Under the pieces are notes generated by a model. That model was not told where the DNA came from. It made no database searches and saw nothing but the letters and a program-made list of their open reading frames with translations. Both the position numbers and the translations under genes were made by a program. DNA of 64,000 nucleotides from Epiperipatus broadwayi (taxonomy: Eukaryota > Animalia > Onychophora), in the NCBI GenBank assembly GCA_028023455.1, contig JAQFVV010000001.1, forward strand, positions 30,256,001 through 30,320,000, read 5' to 3'. Positions within the stretch are counted from its first letter, which is position 1. The number at the start of each line of letters is the position of its first letter. Of this stretch, positions 25,366 to 39,160 are shown one piece after another.

Positions 25366-27379
25366 TAACACTTCACAAAATTTAGGAAACTGATTATTGA
25401 GTGTGGATATAAAGAAAGAAATTATAAAATGAGGAATTTTTCATAAAATACGAGTTAAATCTAATTTGGTATTAGTTTAAAAAAGAAGTTTTTTTTTTTA
25501 AGTTGTATGTGTATATTAAGAGAATGATATGAAAAATTTTAAGAATAGGTCTTTTTTTTAAAAAAAAAAAAAAGGTGTGTGTTGGAGGGGGGGGGGTAAA
25601 CATGTGGATATTATGTGGTTAATTTGGAAGAAGGTGCGTTGGCTTATTTTTATAACTTTGATTACTTGGATTAAATAAGTCTACAGGAAAAAATTTAGAA
25701 TATCCCATTGTACTTCAATATTGCAAAATATATATATATTGGATATATAGGCATCTGCATTTTATATAAATCTATCTTTAAACTGCTAATTATTTGGAAA
25801 AAATTTCTAGCTCATTTTCAGATAATATTTGTAGACAAAATCTTCTCAGGAACTCCTTTTTTTTCTTTATATCTCCATTTAAAAAGTGCTTATCCTCCAT
25901 GTTTGCCCTGTAAAAAATTGTTTTATTGATGTAATGATTGTCCAATGTCTAGATGATTTTTAATAATTTATATATATTTAAGTTTAAAATTTTTATAATT
26001 ATTATATACTACAGTTATTCAAATATATATATATCAGTGAAAACTATTATATATATATATATGGATAGATTAAATAAAAAGTTATAATAGATACAGATTT
26101 AACACCATTATTCTGGTACCCCTGATATCTAAATATTATTACAATAACAATTTTGTTATGTTAAAAGTGTTATAAAGTGATAATTTACATTTCATCACTT
26201 TATCATGATATATCTTGTCAGCTGCTAGCAACATAGAGTTACTAAATAACTTAATTTTAATATCTATTTGATATACATTTACATTATGTTCTATATACTG
26301 TATTAATATTTTTTTTATATCTGTACAGTATTTTTATAATCAAACATATATATATTAATTTTTCTTCACTTTCAAGACAATATTTGAAAATTATTTTTTT
26401 TTTATTCTCAATATATGGAAGAATTGGAATATTACTTGAACAACAAATTCAATGTCTAACAAATTTTCTGCCTAATGCATAAAAAGTTCAAAACTTATTT
26501 TAAATGAATTTATTTTACTGAGATTGTCATATTTCATTATATAATTGTGTATAAATGTAATTATAATTATTCATGTTATAATATTTATAATTTATATATT
26601 CTATGCATTTATAAATATATTGTAATATATGTCTATTGAGCATCCTATAAAACGCATATGGCAGAAAATAAAAAGTGTAAAAGACAAAACAAAAACTTTT
26701 TATTTACAGAATTTTTTAGAATTAAGTATCCAAAATTTGCTTTATTTGGTATTTATGTTGTTTTTGCTTTTCTATCACTGAAATATCTTTCAAAATATTG
26801 TTGATAATAACAGTTTTGTAATAATGTGTGCGTCATAACTAAACTTACATATTAAGTTCATATCCACCAATTTATAATTAATAAACTAACAATTATGATA
26901 TGAATTTCCTTTTTAATTCACCAAATAATTTATTAATAAAATAAAGTAATGATATTTCATAAATAAGTAATGAAATTGCCAAACAATTTTCTACAAAATT
27001 AAAACACATTATTTATAAATTCATAATTAGAAGACCATCAGAAACGGTAGGATCTTTTTAATTACAAAACAAGAAAAACAAGAGACAAATAAAGATGACA
27101 TCTATTGACTGTGTATAAACCAATCTGTGAAGTATAAATTTGTTAACATATTTCATACTACTTATTTAGTTTGCTTATAGTAAATAAATAGAGACAGACT
27201 TGCACATACATAGCACATTTAGAAAAACATTGCCAGTAAAAGATTATTATCTCACAGGTTTAGAGTAAGACCATCTTATAGTTTTTAATTGTAGATTTTA
27301 TTCATAGATGTAAAATACAATAATCAGAAAAAAAAAAAAACATCTTAGAGTCTTAAAAAATTATTTAATTAAAATAGTT

Positions 27380-28180
27380 GCATTATTATTGGAATAATAT
27401 TAATCTTTTCATCTCCATAGTCTGTATTGAATTAAGTAAACCAAATTCTGCCAAACTATATTTTCTTTCTATGGATAAACTATTAGTTTTCTTCCTTGAT
27501 GAATTATACCATTGGAATTTTTTTCTTCTATTTCTCATATAATTTTATTGTCATAGCTATGGGAATGACATTTATTTTATATAAAGTCTTTTATTTTATG
27601 CATTTCTCATGGTACTGATCAACTTATCCAAAGATGATCATAAAAATTATGCTTTTACAATATATTTATTGCCAAAACATATGTTGTTTATAATACCTCA
27701 AGATTACAGTAGTATGCACAAGTTGATTGATCTGATCAAAGGATTAGAAAGCATTTTTTTATCTCTGAATAAATACCTAATGAATTTTTATTTGTTGCAA
27801 GAAAATTTAGACCAGGAAAGATGAAAATACAAACACAGTAAATAGTTTTATCTCACCTGATATGTTTTTCTTTAAATAATATTTTTTTTAATAACATTAT
27901 TTAATTATCATATATATTTTTCTTAATTAAAAGAATTATTTTACAGAAATACATTTAAATTTCAGCTTTCTATATGAATCATCATTATTGAATGATCTCT
28001 TAAATCTAGAAAAATTGTTAACATGAAAATGTTTGGGAATCAAGACTGTCTGATAAATGTTGCTCATTCTCCATAAATAAAGGCTACATATTTATTCCAT
28101 CTGTTAATTATTGATACATGATCTCCTGTAAGTTTTAAGAAGTCAATAAATGTCTGGAAAAAAAAATAGTGATAATTACA
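27380..28180 (-). mobile_element. Very decayed RTE-like LINE RT fragment
   Basis: Broken frames give RWNKYVAFIYG and NGIIHQGRKLIVYP*KENIVLAE (cf. GIxIxGxxINNLRYADDIVLLAE). Confidence 0.35.
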
Positions 28181-28774
28181 CAATAATAATATTTAACAGG
28201 AAATGAAGAACAATTACAAATATTGTATTCCATGTTTTATATACTTACATAATGCAGAAAAGAAAAAGAAAAAAGGAATTGTATTGGATTTTTTATGTAT
28301 GAAAAATGCAACTATCTATATTTTTTTAATTATTAAAATAATTATATTTTGCCTACGACTATTATTGGAAAAAGTTTAATACAAAGTCCTATGTTTTAAT
28401 TGTTTAAAATAGTTGTGATATTACAATGATTTTTATTGTTTGCTGTGAATTGAAATTAATTTCTTTTTTTTTTTAAGTGCCTACAAACAAATATTAAAAA
28501 AAAAAAAGATCTGTTAAGTAATTCGCAATTTTAATAAATAATTTTCCATTAAATATTTAAATGTTGATAAACCTTAAATATTTCATTTTTTTTAAAAAAG
28601 TCATAATTTTTCGCTTTGTGAACTATATACTTCTTCATGCATTATAGTTAGCAATAAGTTTGTTATTACCTCACTTTGCTTTAAGCCATATTTTGATTTA
28701 AATTTTCGCAATTTTTAGTCAAAATTTTTATGTATTGCTTTCTAATAATATATCCATATAAATTCAGTTAAATA

Positions 28775-28896
28775 TATGTAATATAGGGTATATGAGCACA
28801 GACTTTCACATGACCCACCATTCTCCACTCTATCTAATAACACTGATACACTCAAGCACATATATGCTGAAAAGATAAATAATCACCAATATACGT
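28775..28896. mobile_element. Short retroposed insertion with 13-bp TSD; truncated copy of the 38122-38546 repeat
   Basis: 28782-28899 matches 38132-38249 at 112/118 nt; ATTCAGTTAAATA at 28762-28774 and 28897-28909. Confidence 0.8.
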
Positions 28897-30741
28897 ATTC
28901 AGTTAAATAATAAAACTTTGTAAACTGTGTGCATATGTATGCAATCGTACAATTATTAATAATAGTGTTAAATATTTTTTAGTTTCACCTGTAGAATGAT
29001 ATATATGTATGTTTGTATGTGTGTGCATGAGATCATATGCATGTGTAATTTTTTATTGTAAAAATGATTATCATCTTATAGAATCTTAGTTCTGTAATAG
29101 TATTTTTATAGTCAAGTATAAAATCAGCTTTTACATAGTTCAATTCATTTGTAGAAATGATTGTCAGTATTATAACACTGAATCTGACAGATTGTGACCG
29201 TATAGATTGTCTGTTATTTTAGCATATACATTGCCAACTGTCTATTAACAACTAACTTGACAAGTACCATTTTCTGTTTCGATGATTCGCTGAATTTGGC
29301 GTTGATTCTATAACTACTAAATCATGTGTTGTGTGTATGTGACAGGTATTTTCTATCAATTAGATCCATTCTCTGTCAAGAATGATTGCTGTAGAAGACA
29401 GAATTTAGACTTTTTTTTTTTTTTTATCATGATAGCTTGACAATTTCTTTAAATTAAAACAGTTATCATTTTGGGTGAACAAACAAACTTCTAATTTTAA
29501 AAATAAAACCGAAATGGAAAAACATTGAAAGTTTACTTGAATCACATTTACAATATTGATTTTTATATAATTAAAAAATAGTGAATGTCAAAAAAAAAAA
29601 ATCATATTGGTTTTAAATTATATTTACAAATGAATAATATATATATATTCAAATTTTTATTCTCATCAGTGCATCTTTCACCTTAGCTCAATTATATTGC
29701 AACCATCTATTAACCCAAAGTCCAGACCGTCCCCTCTCATTCTGGATGTATTTTGAACATTCATTTTTAATTTTTTTTTCAAACGAGTAAGACATGCAAA
29801 ACATATTGAAAATTAACTTTGTTTATACATTTTTAGATAAACTTAACCATGTGTATATGTGTGCATGATATCTTTGTACTACAAAGTTGAATAAGGAATT
29901 AAATAGAAATGGTCATATATTATGAAGTCAAAATTATTAACTATATGATTACTGATTCCGTTAAAAAAAAAAGAACAATGTGATAGTACAAATTAACCAT
30001 GCTCAACCTTTTTTACAAAATTAGATTCTCTCATTTATAGGTTAAGTAAGGAAAATATTTTATTAAAAATTAGTCATTTTATGATTTTGACTACTGGAAT
30101 CATCCATAAATACAAATAATGTAATGAAATTTCTATGTATGCACTTACAGTGAGTAATTAATAAGCATAATATGAGTTGTCTGGTTGTTGAAAGTTGGCT
30201 ACCAATTCTAAATAATAATGGTTCAGTAGACTTTATTGGTAATGAAAAAACCTTAGTAGTTGTTTTAGTAAGTACTTTTTGATACTATTTGTCTTACCAT
30301 TCACTTTTGTTAAAAAGTTTTCTGCCTGTTGGTATAATAATATGTTAGATATTAATGCAATAACAAGAATTTGCAAGAGGATTTTATTTGATGAGTAGTA
30401 TCTGATTAATGCACTGTTTACAGTTTGAAGAATAAAAATAAAAAATAAAACATTATAAATCTGTTTCTGATTGATGTTATTAATAGTGAATATGTCAGTC
30501 AGAGTAAGAACAAATTATGGCAGAGAATTTATTATCTGAATATTTCAAACATAGTTATATAAGAAAAAAAAAATTTAAAAAATGGTTTTAATGAGAAAAT
30601 TAGGGGCTAGAAATCTAGATTTAAAACTAAACAGGAGTTATTTTAAATTAAACTAATAGAGTAAATTATTTTAACAATATGATAAATATTAAACCATTAA
30701 ACTTCATATGATTATCATTCTGTATACTTACACAAACTATA

Positions 30742-30930
30742 TACACAGAGGCTAAACTATTCTTACAGTAGTGTCACTCAGTGCAAGCCAGAGTAATCAA
30801 TGGATGCAAGAAGTTTTGTGCATAAAATCCCTATCTAGTAGCCCACTCATCAAACTTGTGGCTTGCATCCATTGATTACTCTGGCTTGCACTGAGTGGTG
30901 CTACATTATGAAGAGTTTAACCTCTGTGTA
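30742..30930. repeat. 189-bp foldback (MITE-like hairpin)
   Basis: Perfect 36-bp inner arms 30775-30810/30862-30897, diverged outer arms, 51-nt loop, TA at both ends. Confidence 0.85.
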
Positions 30931-31099
30931 ATATGACAAATATTTGAATATATCTAGTACAAAAATTTTTATATATGTAAGTTTTATTGCACTGGCAATT
31001 CAAGATTTTCTTTCATAAAGTTGGAAAACATATTCAGTCAAAATACGAGACAAGTAGAGACAATTTTAAAATTGCAAAAATCTCTAAACTAGTTTCTTC

Positions 31100-31500
31100 T
31101 ACATTTCATTATAGTAATAAAACAATAAAGAGTAAGTTGGATATTTGATTGATCTGGATCATGCCTTACTCTTATGGAACATCTCAACAGACTAAATCTT
31201 GATCCAGAATATTATTGATTAAAAATCTTGTACACATATTAGGATAAACAGGTTACAAGTAGCATCAATTGTATTAGTATATACAACAATGAAATTTCCA
31301 TGCTAAACTATTAGATAGTAACTTGACTACTATCATGAGGATTACACCTGATCTTATGAGCTATACCAATTTTTTGAAGTTTTAATTGTAAACAATATCA
31401 CACTACTTACATCATAACTATTCTTAGAAATTATCAGAGATCAAGAAGTTACAAATCATCTACTTCTTTAAGATATCAAGGATTTCTTATATTTTTATTT
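31100..31500 (+). pseudogene. Possible decayed LINE RT fragment
   Basis: DLDHALLLWNI...HIRINRLQVAS loosely resembles RT motifs VDHxLLLxKL and VRINGxxS. Confidence 0.25.
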
Positions 31501-34264
31501 CAAAATCTGGAAAAAAAATATTTTTTTTGAGATGTTGGAAAAAAATTTGGAAATTCAGAGTTTTACTTTTAAAAATATATGGAAAACAAAAATGAACATA
31601 TTATAACTTTAAGAATAATCATTTTATGGCAAATTGACTAAAATACAAAATAGTTTATTTAACACATTCTTAGAGTGTTGGTGTTTCAAAACAATTTTAA
31701 AAATTGTTCAAGATTGTTTTATTTATCTGCACTACAAATATAATGTATTTAAACTCTTCTCATTGTGTATATTTCCAGTTCCTAGTCATTACAATACTAG
31801 TGATACCTGATCCACAGCTTCCATTGCTGAAAATATTGAATCTGTTAATGAGGTAACTTTTAACTTGACAAGCAGTTAAGTCTCTTAATGTAAATCTGTA
31901 AAATTTATCTACCATTCCTTCAGTGATGATTAGATATTATTGTTAGGTTTGATTACCTTAATATCAGAACTGTCAATTTGCATAAATAATGGCACACACA
32001 TTTATGGAAATAACTTAAGTATTGTTGCCAAATAATTAGCAATATTTTATTATTTATATAAACAAATAAAGAAAAGATTAAAAAATCATTGAGGTTTTTT
32101 GAAATGTAGATTTTAAGGAAAATAAAAATAATAATTTAAGGAATAATAGTTGCTTTAAAAAAGGGTGTAAAAATTAATATAAATGAGATACCTATCTTTA
32201 TCTAATTGAACGTTAGTATAAACAAAATTAACCTAGCATAATTTTATTTATAGATTGTTTTGTACTCACTTAGTAAAAATAATAAGTATTTCATAGTGAA
32301 TTATAGTTTTCTTTTAAATCACTTATTTTTATTTTAATGTTTGATAAAGTACTGTGATCACACAATAATTTTCTATTATCATCAGAAGTTGCCATTTATT
32401 TCTATCAATCTTTGACAAACATTGTTACAGCATCTCATATTGGGTAAGTCATTATAATATAATGAGTCTACATTACAATTCAAAATTATAATTCTTTCAT
32501 TCTTCTCATAAATTTTCATTTTTTAAAATACCCATACTGACAACTTAAACAAATGCTTTTTTATATTAAACTTTTTTTTATATCAGTGCAACATCTTCAC
32601 ACAGTGAATAATCAAAAAAATTAACTTTAAAAATTATTATTTTTTACTTCTCCTTTTATTATATGAAAATATTCAATAATAACAGTACTGTAAATATTTA
32701 CTATATTTATAGCAGGATAGCATTTTCATATTAAACCAGTTATAGCAAAACTTTCAAACAAACTGTGCTTTTTTATATGGCTTTGTATGATTGTGATTAT
32801 TATCTAGTTATTATAGGATTTCCATTGTGCAAAAAAATTGTCAAATGTAAAAAGGAATTTAGTAATAGATTTAAATATATTCAATATGGTTGAGTATTTT
32901 AAGATATTTAAATGAAGTATTAATTTGATGGTACAGTTATATTAACTAGCTATAACTCATCATTTTTGGAGAATTGAAAATAAAGACTACTGTCTTCCAA
33001 TATTATTTTTGAATTAGCAACAATGACTTTACAGCATTTTTTCCCCCCAAAAAGAAATTATTGTTTTTTAAAAACTTAAATTGTGTGCACATATATCAAA
33101 TTTAAAAAACAAACATGAGAAGATTTGTGTGAAAATTGGATGCATATATATATAAATAAGTACACACTTGTGCTTTACATTGATTATTATAAATAAGTAC
33201 TGGTAGTCATGTTTAGATCTTTAATTGACAAAAACAGTTAACTGAAAATTAGCAATATATTTATGATCTGTGTATTTAAATGCATGCTTTTAATACAGTG
33301 GTAGAATATCTTTTCTAAATTCATCTCTATGTAAATATATTATAATATAACTTCTAATTTACCTGATAGTATTCTTCTAATAAATTATATGAAATTCATA
33401 ATAACTATTTGTTTTCTGGTAGTAATGCTTTTCCCTTGTTTCTACATTATTGATGAGTAATCATTTTTAATTAGTAAATAAGAAGTTAAGAAAAAACTAT
33501 TTTGAAACTTTATTGTGTTTTGAAACGTCAAACCTATATCATTTATTGGAGATATTTTGACAGGTTAAAATCATTTTTAGTTTTTGATGCATTTATTGTA
33601 ACTTCTTTTTAATTATGTTTATATAAAAATTTATTTCTCAATTCAAATGATAAATAATTTGAGAGATATACTATGCATAAAATCTTAGTAAAATATTTAG
33701 TTTGATATTAAATAAGATTTTTGAAATATGATGATCTGGATCAACTGTTGAGTGCTGATACAGCACAAAATGTATATTGGAGATTATTTATCTTTTTCAC
33801 TTGTGTTTGATCATGGGTATCGGTTATATGAGATAGAGTAGATAGCTGAAGTGAGCTTGAAAGTCTGTGTTCAATTTTCCTATATTACATTAATTAAGAT
33901 TGGATTTTAAATATTTTTATTTTATTTTTATGTTGTTTTTCCATAGTTGCAAACATCATTAGATATTTTTCATTTTTCTAATTTTATATAAATGGTTGCA
34001 GCCAGATAGCAGGAGGACATTTTTTTTTTATACCATATTGAAATGCTTTTTTAATTAATCTCTTTTGTCATCCTTAATTTGTATATCTGTTAATGTTATT
34101 ATGAAATGGAATATTTGGATTGTATATACTCTGACAGTATCATTCAGACTTCTTCAAATTTCTATTTTATTTATTATGATTTAATGACAATTTCAAGGAA
34201 ATTACAGAGAAATATAAAACTGAATTATATATCTTACTTCACAAATATTATAAAAGTTTCCTTG

Positions 34265-34345
34265 TATAGTTTGGAATGTTGGTAGACCTTGTGATTCAAA
34301 GAGAATCGATCATGGCTCAGCCCTGTTACTTCTAGTGCCTGAATT
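34265..34345 (+). repeat. Short dispersed repeat (SINE-like), copy 1
   Basis: GATCATGGCTCAGCCCTGTTACTTCTAGTGCCT (34308-34340) resembles 47418-47450. Confidence 0.4.
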
Positions 34346-37300
34346 TTTTTAAGAAGTCTAGAACAATAAACCATTCATTTATTAAGGTAAATTTACATAT
34401 GAGTAATGTCTTTTTTTTATCTTTAAAAAAAATTAGTAGATTTAAATTTTAAATTAGACTTTTACTGATAATTATTATAGAATTTGCAAAAAACACTATA
34501 TAGTATTTCAAATTGTGTTTAATCACAATGATTAACTAAATAAACGCTTTTGTTTTTTATTGTGCATTGTAATTCAAGCCTATTCTGAAGATGGATACAA
34601 ATTTCATTGATATGTAAACTGAGAGAAATGCATACAAGCATTTTTTGTTATTTTTAAATTGATATTTTAACTTATTAATGAAAACCTTTTTTTTTTTGTT
34701 GCTTTTTTTCACTATCTTTTTTTTTAAAACTTAATGTAGATTAAGCAGTGTTTTTAAAATATGTAATGAAAGCATAATAATTGGATTTTTAAAAAGAATT
34801 TATGTGTATTTTCATTTTAATAATTTAAGATAAAATCTTTCATTTATTCTATATTGTCCCTTTTTTTTTTTTTTTTTTAACTATATGTATTTATTCAGAA
34901 ATCTTATCCTTGGGTGTTTTAGTCATTCTCTGAATATCATCCACAGATTTTGAATGTATTGAGAATGATTGTTACCTTCTGTACTATTTGATTGCCTGTG
35001 CTATATACTTGCTAATTATTGCATTTTGAGCAATTGTTGGTTTCTATGGTTTTTGAAATGTAATAACTATGAGCAAATTTCTGCATTAATAATATCATAT
35101 AATAATGTTGGTATTCTGATTTATTTATAAAATAGTGTTTGTAACAATAGTAACATTAAAAATAAAAAAGTATGGTAACTGTAAATAAAACAAGTAGATG
35201 CCTAAACAATTTTATTAGTCTTCAATTTCATTTTATAGTTATAACAGTTATCAGTAATATTAATGAGAATATGGAAAGGCATCTTCATCATGTAATTAAT
35301 GCTGACATCCAAATATATAAGGGGTAAAATTATAATTTGTAGATAAAAATATATATTTATTTTTATAAATTGTAAAATCTAATCAGTAACAAACTATGCA
35401 ACTGAAAAAAACCTTTAAATCCTTTTGATTAGGTGCATGTCAATTTATTCAAATTAAGACAATTTTCTTGTATTAAAGTCGTAGAAGTAATCTAGCTACT
35501 AATGCTAATTTAATTTGGTCAGCATTGCTAGACAATTTTCAATCTCACTAAGAGTGCAACATTGATTTTATTCTTTGAAAAGAGAGAGGAGAAAAAACAT
35601 TAATTGAAAGTTTTGTTTAAGTATTACTGTGTGTACAACCTTGTGGGTTTGTTTATATTTACATTATTTATTTATAAATAATTATAAATAAAATATAGAC
35701 TATAGCACTAAATGAAGTGCTTAGAAATAAAAAGAATAGTAACAATCCCTGGAATTTCAATTCACTTAAATATTTATCTTTTTAGTACTTCCATGTATAT
35801 ATTTATGTGTTTGTGAAGTTTAAAACAGGCTCTAGGAACTTCATGTAGAAATCCTCTAAAAAACAAGGATTTTTTTTTTTTTCCCATATATAGGCTTTCA
35901 TTCATGTATATGGTAGTCTATGGTTAATTACTTTATTTTGTCTGTAATATAAAATCAAATCTATATTTTATATCACGCAAATCACTATAATGTGAAAGTT
36001 AACAGTTGTCCAGCTTTGATAAGATATATTTTTATTCTGTAATCTGAAACTCTTAAATGAACAAATTTCACAAATATTTAGAAGTAATATATTTTATATG
36101 CTTATTTGTGTTCAAATTAATGATGTAATATTTTAATCAAGAGTTTGAATAATTATCTCTCACATATCTTGAAATGAACTGTATAATATCAAGATGGCAG
36201 AAATTTAAGCTTTATTTGTTTAAATAATTAGGATATGCAATATTTAACAACAAACTGAGATATAAATATTTAATATGAGTGATTAATCATTTCATCATGT
36301 ACACATTAAATTCAAATATATAAATAAAATCACCAATCACCATATATCCAAAAAGTTTACTTATTAACAACTCTCTCATGTTCTGTATTTTTCATATCAA
36401 ATGCCTGGGTTTAACAGCAGAAACTCAACAGATAATGATGACATATATAATTATGCCATCACAAATTAAACATATAATATTGTATTCACAACTGTAAATA
36501 ATTCTCAAACAAGCTGAATAAATTAAATAGCAATTCAAGAGAAATATTAAACTCATCAAAAAAATCTTATATATATTTTAATTTCAGTGAACATTATAAT
36601 ATATACCATTTTCTTTACAAATCTTATTTATTTTCATTCTATATATTGCTATATATATATATTTTTAATGTTTTTTGTTTTAAATTTATGCTACATTTGT
36701 CATGAAGAGTTATTTTATTTTTAAAAGTACACTTCTCTACACTCTTTACAAAATATAAGCATATACTTTTGATGATCAGTTCTTAATAATTAATTAAAGT
36801 AAGAAATAAAAAAATGTCTATGTTATAGATTGAAAATAAAGAGATTTAAAATAAAATGTTTGAGTGTATTGTAACCTTTATTATAATTAGTAGAATAGTT
36901 GACGATTTAAAAAAAAAAAAGAAATGATAATAGATTTGAATAATATATATTTAAATGATTACAATATGTAATTTTTGAAACATAACTGAGATAATAGCAA
37001 ATAAAAGATATTATTTTATTTGACATGTATAAATAGAATAGTAATGAGGTTTTTTTTTTTTTGATGAGCAAATTATAAAGTGAAAATAGACTGCATTGTG
37101 TTGCATGCTGTAAAATATAGTTTGGTATCTCCTTTTCTTACAATTTCTATTTATATCAGTAAAAGGTTAACTATATTAAAACTTGTTTATATAATGATAT
37201 TTGTGTTTGTTTTATTATTATTTATGCTTCAACATTATTTCAAAAGAAAGGAAATTCTTATTTATTATTTCAATATCATTAAAAACAGAATACTTAGAAT

Positions 37301-38121
37301 CTTTAGTGCATATATTATTAGGGATAGTAAACTTTGTTCAAAGTTATTGAAAATAATAGTAGTAGTATTTTAAATTCAAATGGTCATTTGTTTTTTTTTG
37401 TTTTTTTACAATATATAATTAGATTATCGTAAATATTTTGTTTAGGCCGAAAAGGTAACTTTAAAGCAATTTGAATGTATCAGTGCTCGATGTATCCATG
37501 TTCAAACAATTTAGTTTGTTTATGTTATAATTAGAAATCAGAATGCAAAAGAAGTTCATATTACATATGCCTTTATTAGTGAAGATTAAGTGGACAGATT
37601 ATAGACAAATAGGTTTTAAAGTTAAAACGTTTACTACATTAAAATGGGCAAGCTCTATTCCAATATGTAATGCTTATTTATTTTTTTTAAAAGAAGCATC
37701 TGTTATTTATTTTAAAACTTACAAAATATTAAAATTGTCAATTTGGATTTTCAAAATTGTCATATTACTGATATACTGACTTTTTTAACGAAAGTGCTGT
37801 GAACATAAATAAACCTGTTCTTTGATTCACATAAAAGAAAAATTTTGATTATTTCTCAAACAGTGATTGTATTATTAATTATATGTTTTTTTTTTATTTA
37901 TTTAACAGAATCATAAATGGAATTTGGAGTTTCATAAGCATTGTAACTGATAAAAAAGCTTATAAATGATTAATGGATTAGAGCCAAAGAAATATATTTA
38001 TATATAATCATTTGCTGACTATGGTCGTATTAGATTTTTTGAGGCATTGATAATAACACATAGACCTAAAAATGATATAATCCTATTAAATCTACAGATG
38101 ACACTATTATAAGTCTACAAT

Positions 38122-38546
38122 AATATTTTAGTATAGGGTATATGAGCACAGACTTTCAGATGATCCATCACTCTCCACTCCATCTAATAACACTGATACA
38201 CTCAAGCACATACATGCTGAAAAGATAAATAATCACCAATATACGTATTTCATGCTAAACCAGTAATCATCAGTTGGTCCAAATTATCATCTCCCACACA
38301 TATATACTATAAGTGCTCAGATATATATTAAGATAGACAATCTCCATACTTTAATGGACAGACTCCAATCTACTACTCACTCCAACTCTTCAACCTTCCA
38401 TCCAATTGAAAATCTGATGACGGAATGCTCGAAGACCACCCTGAGTCCAAGATTCTTGTCACACCCATGTTGACCTAAGGTCAATCTGAACCTCGCATGT
38501 ACAGGACATAATCCATTTAATACATATGCAAGGATGGGCAGACATC
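38122..38546. mobile_element. Longer copy of the 28.8-kb repeat (unclassified retroposon)
   Basis: First 118 bp shared with 28782-28899; GC-richer extension; TCTACAAT direct repeat at 38114-38121 and 38547-38554. Confidence 0.6.
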
Positions 38547-38599
38547 TCTACAATGTAAAAAATATGCAAGAATTGAGATAATGAGTTTTAATGATTCAT

Positions 38600-39160
38600 T
38601 TACTTTATCATTTTATTAGGATTTGAACAAAAATATTCAACTCATTGAAATTAAAGAAGCTCTTCATAATCTCAAGAATAGAAAGACTGCCAGTCTTGGT
38701 AGAATCTTAATTATGGTGATGATAGCAATAATTATCATGAAATGTCAATATTATTTATTATAGCAAATGTGTTTTTAAGAATTTTGTTCAATATGTTGAT
38801 TACATTCATAAATAACTGGTTACCAAAAACTGTGTTTAGAAAATCAAGAAAGACTTCTGGCATCATTTTTTTGTTAGAAAATAGCAAAAAAAAAAAAACA
38901 TTAAAAGTAAAAATGCACTTCCAATTTTATTTCCATTTTTGTGACAGTGGACTTGGAAAGTGTTTTTTAGAGAATTTCATGAAATAAGCATCAAGATGCA
39001 GCATAAGCACGATGGTGGAGTTTTTAATTTGAACCAATTAAAAGCAAAAACAATTTTATATTATTGGCTCCTAAATTTGCAGTCTGCTGGTAATTATTCT
39101 ATTTTAGCCAATTCACATGATACTCTGATCTGCATTGACAGTTTTTAAGGTTTTGAATCT
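38600..39160 (+). mobile_element. Decayed RTE-clade LINE RT fragment
   Basis: EIKEALHNLKNRKTASLGRI (cf. EVxxALxxLKNGKAPGxDGI) and DGGVFNLNQLKAKT (cf. RTE DGxLFNLRRLKAKT). Confidence 0.7.

Noticed and set aside
31779-31852. Candidate 74-nt cassette (poison) exon with CAG acceptor and GTAACT donor
   Set aside because: Would place a stop two codons in; not needed for the protein; such splice-like pairs are common by chance and there is no transcript evidence.
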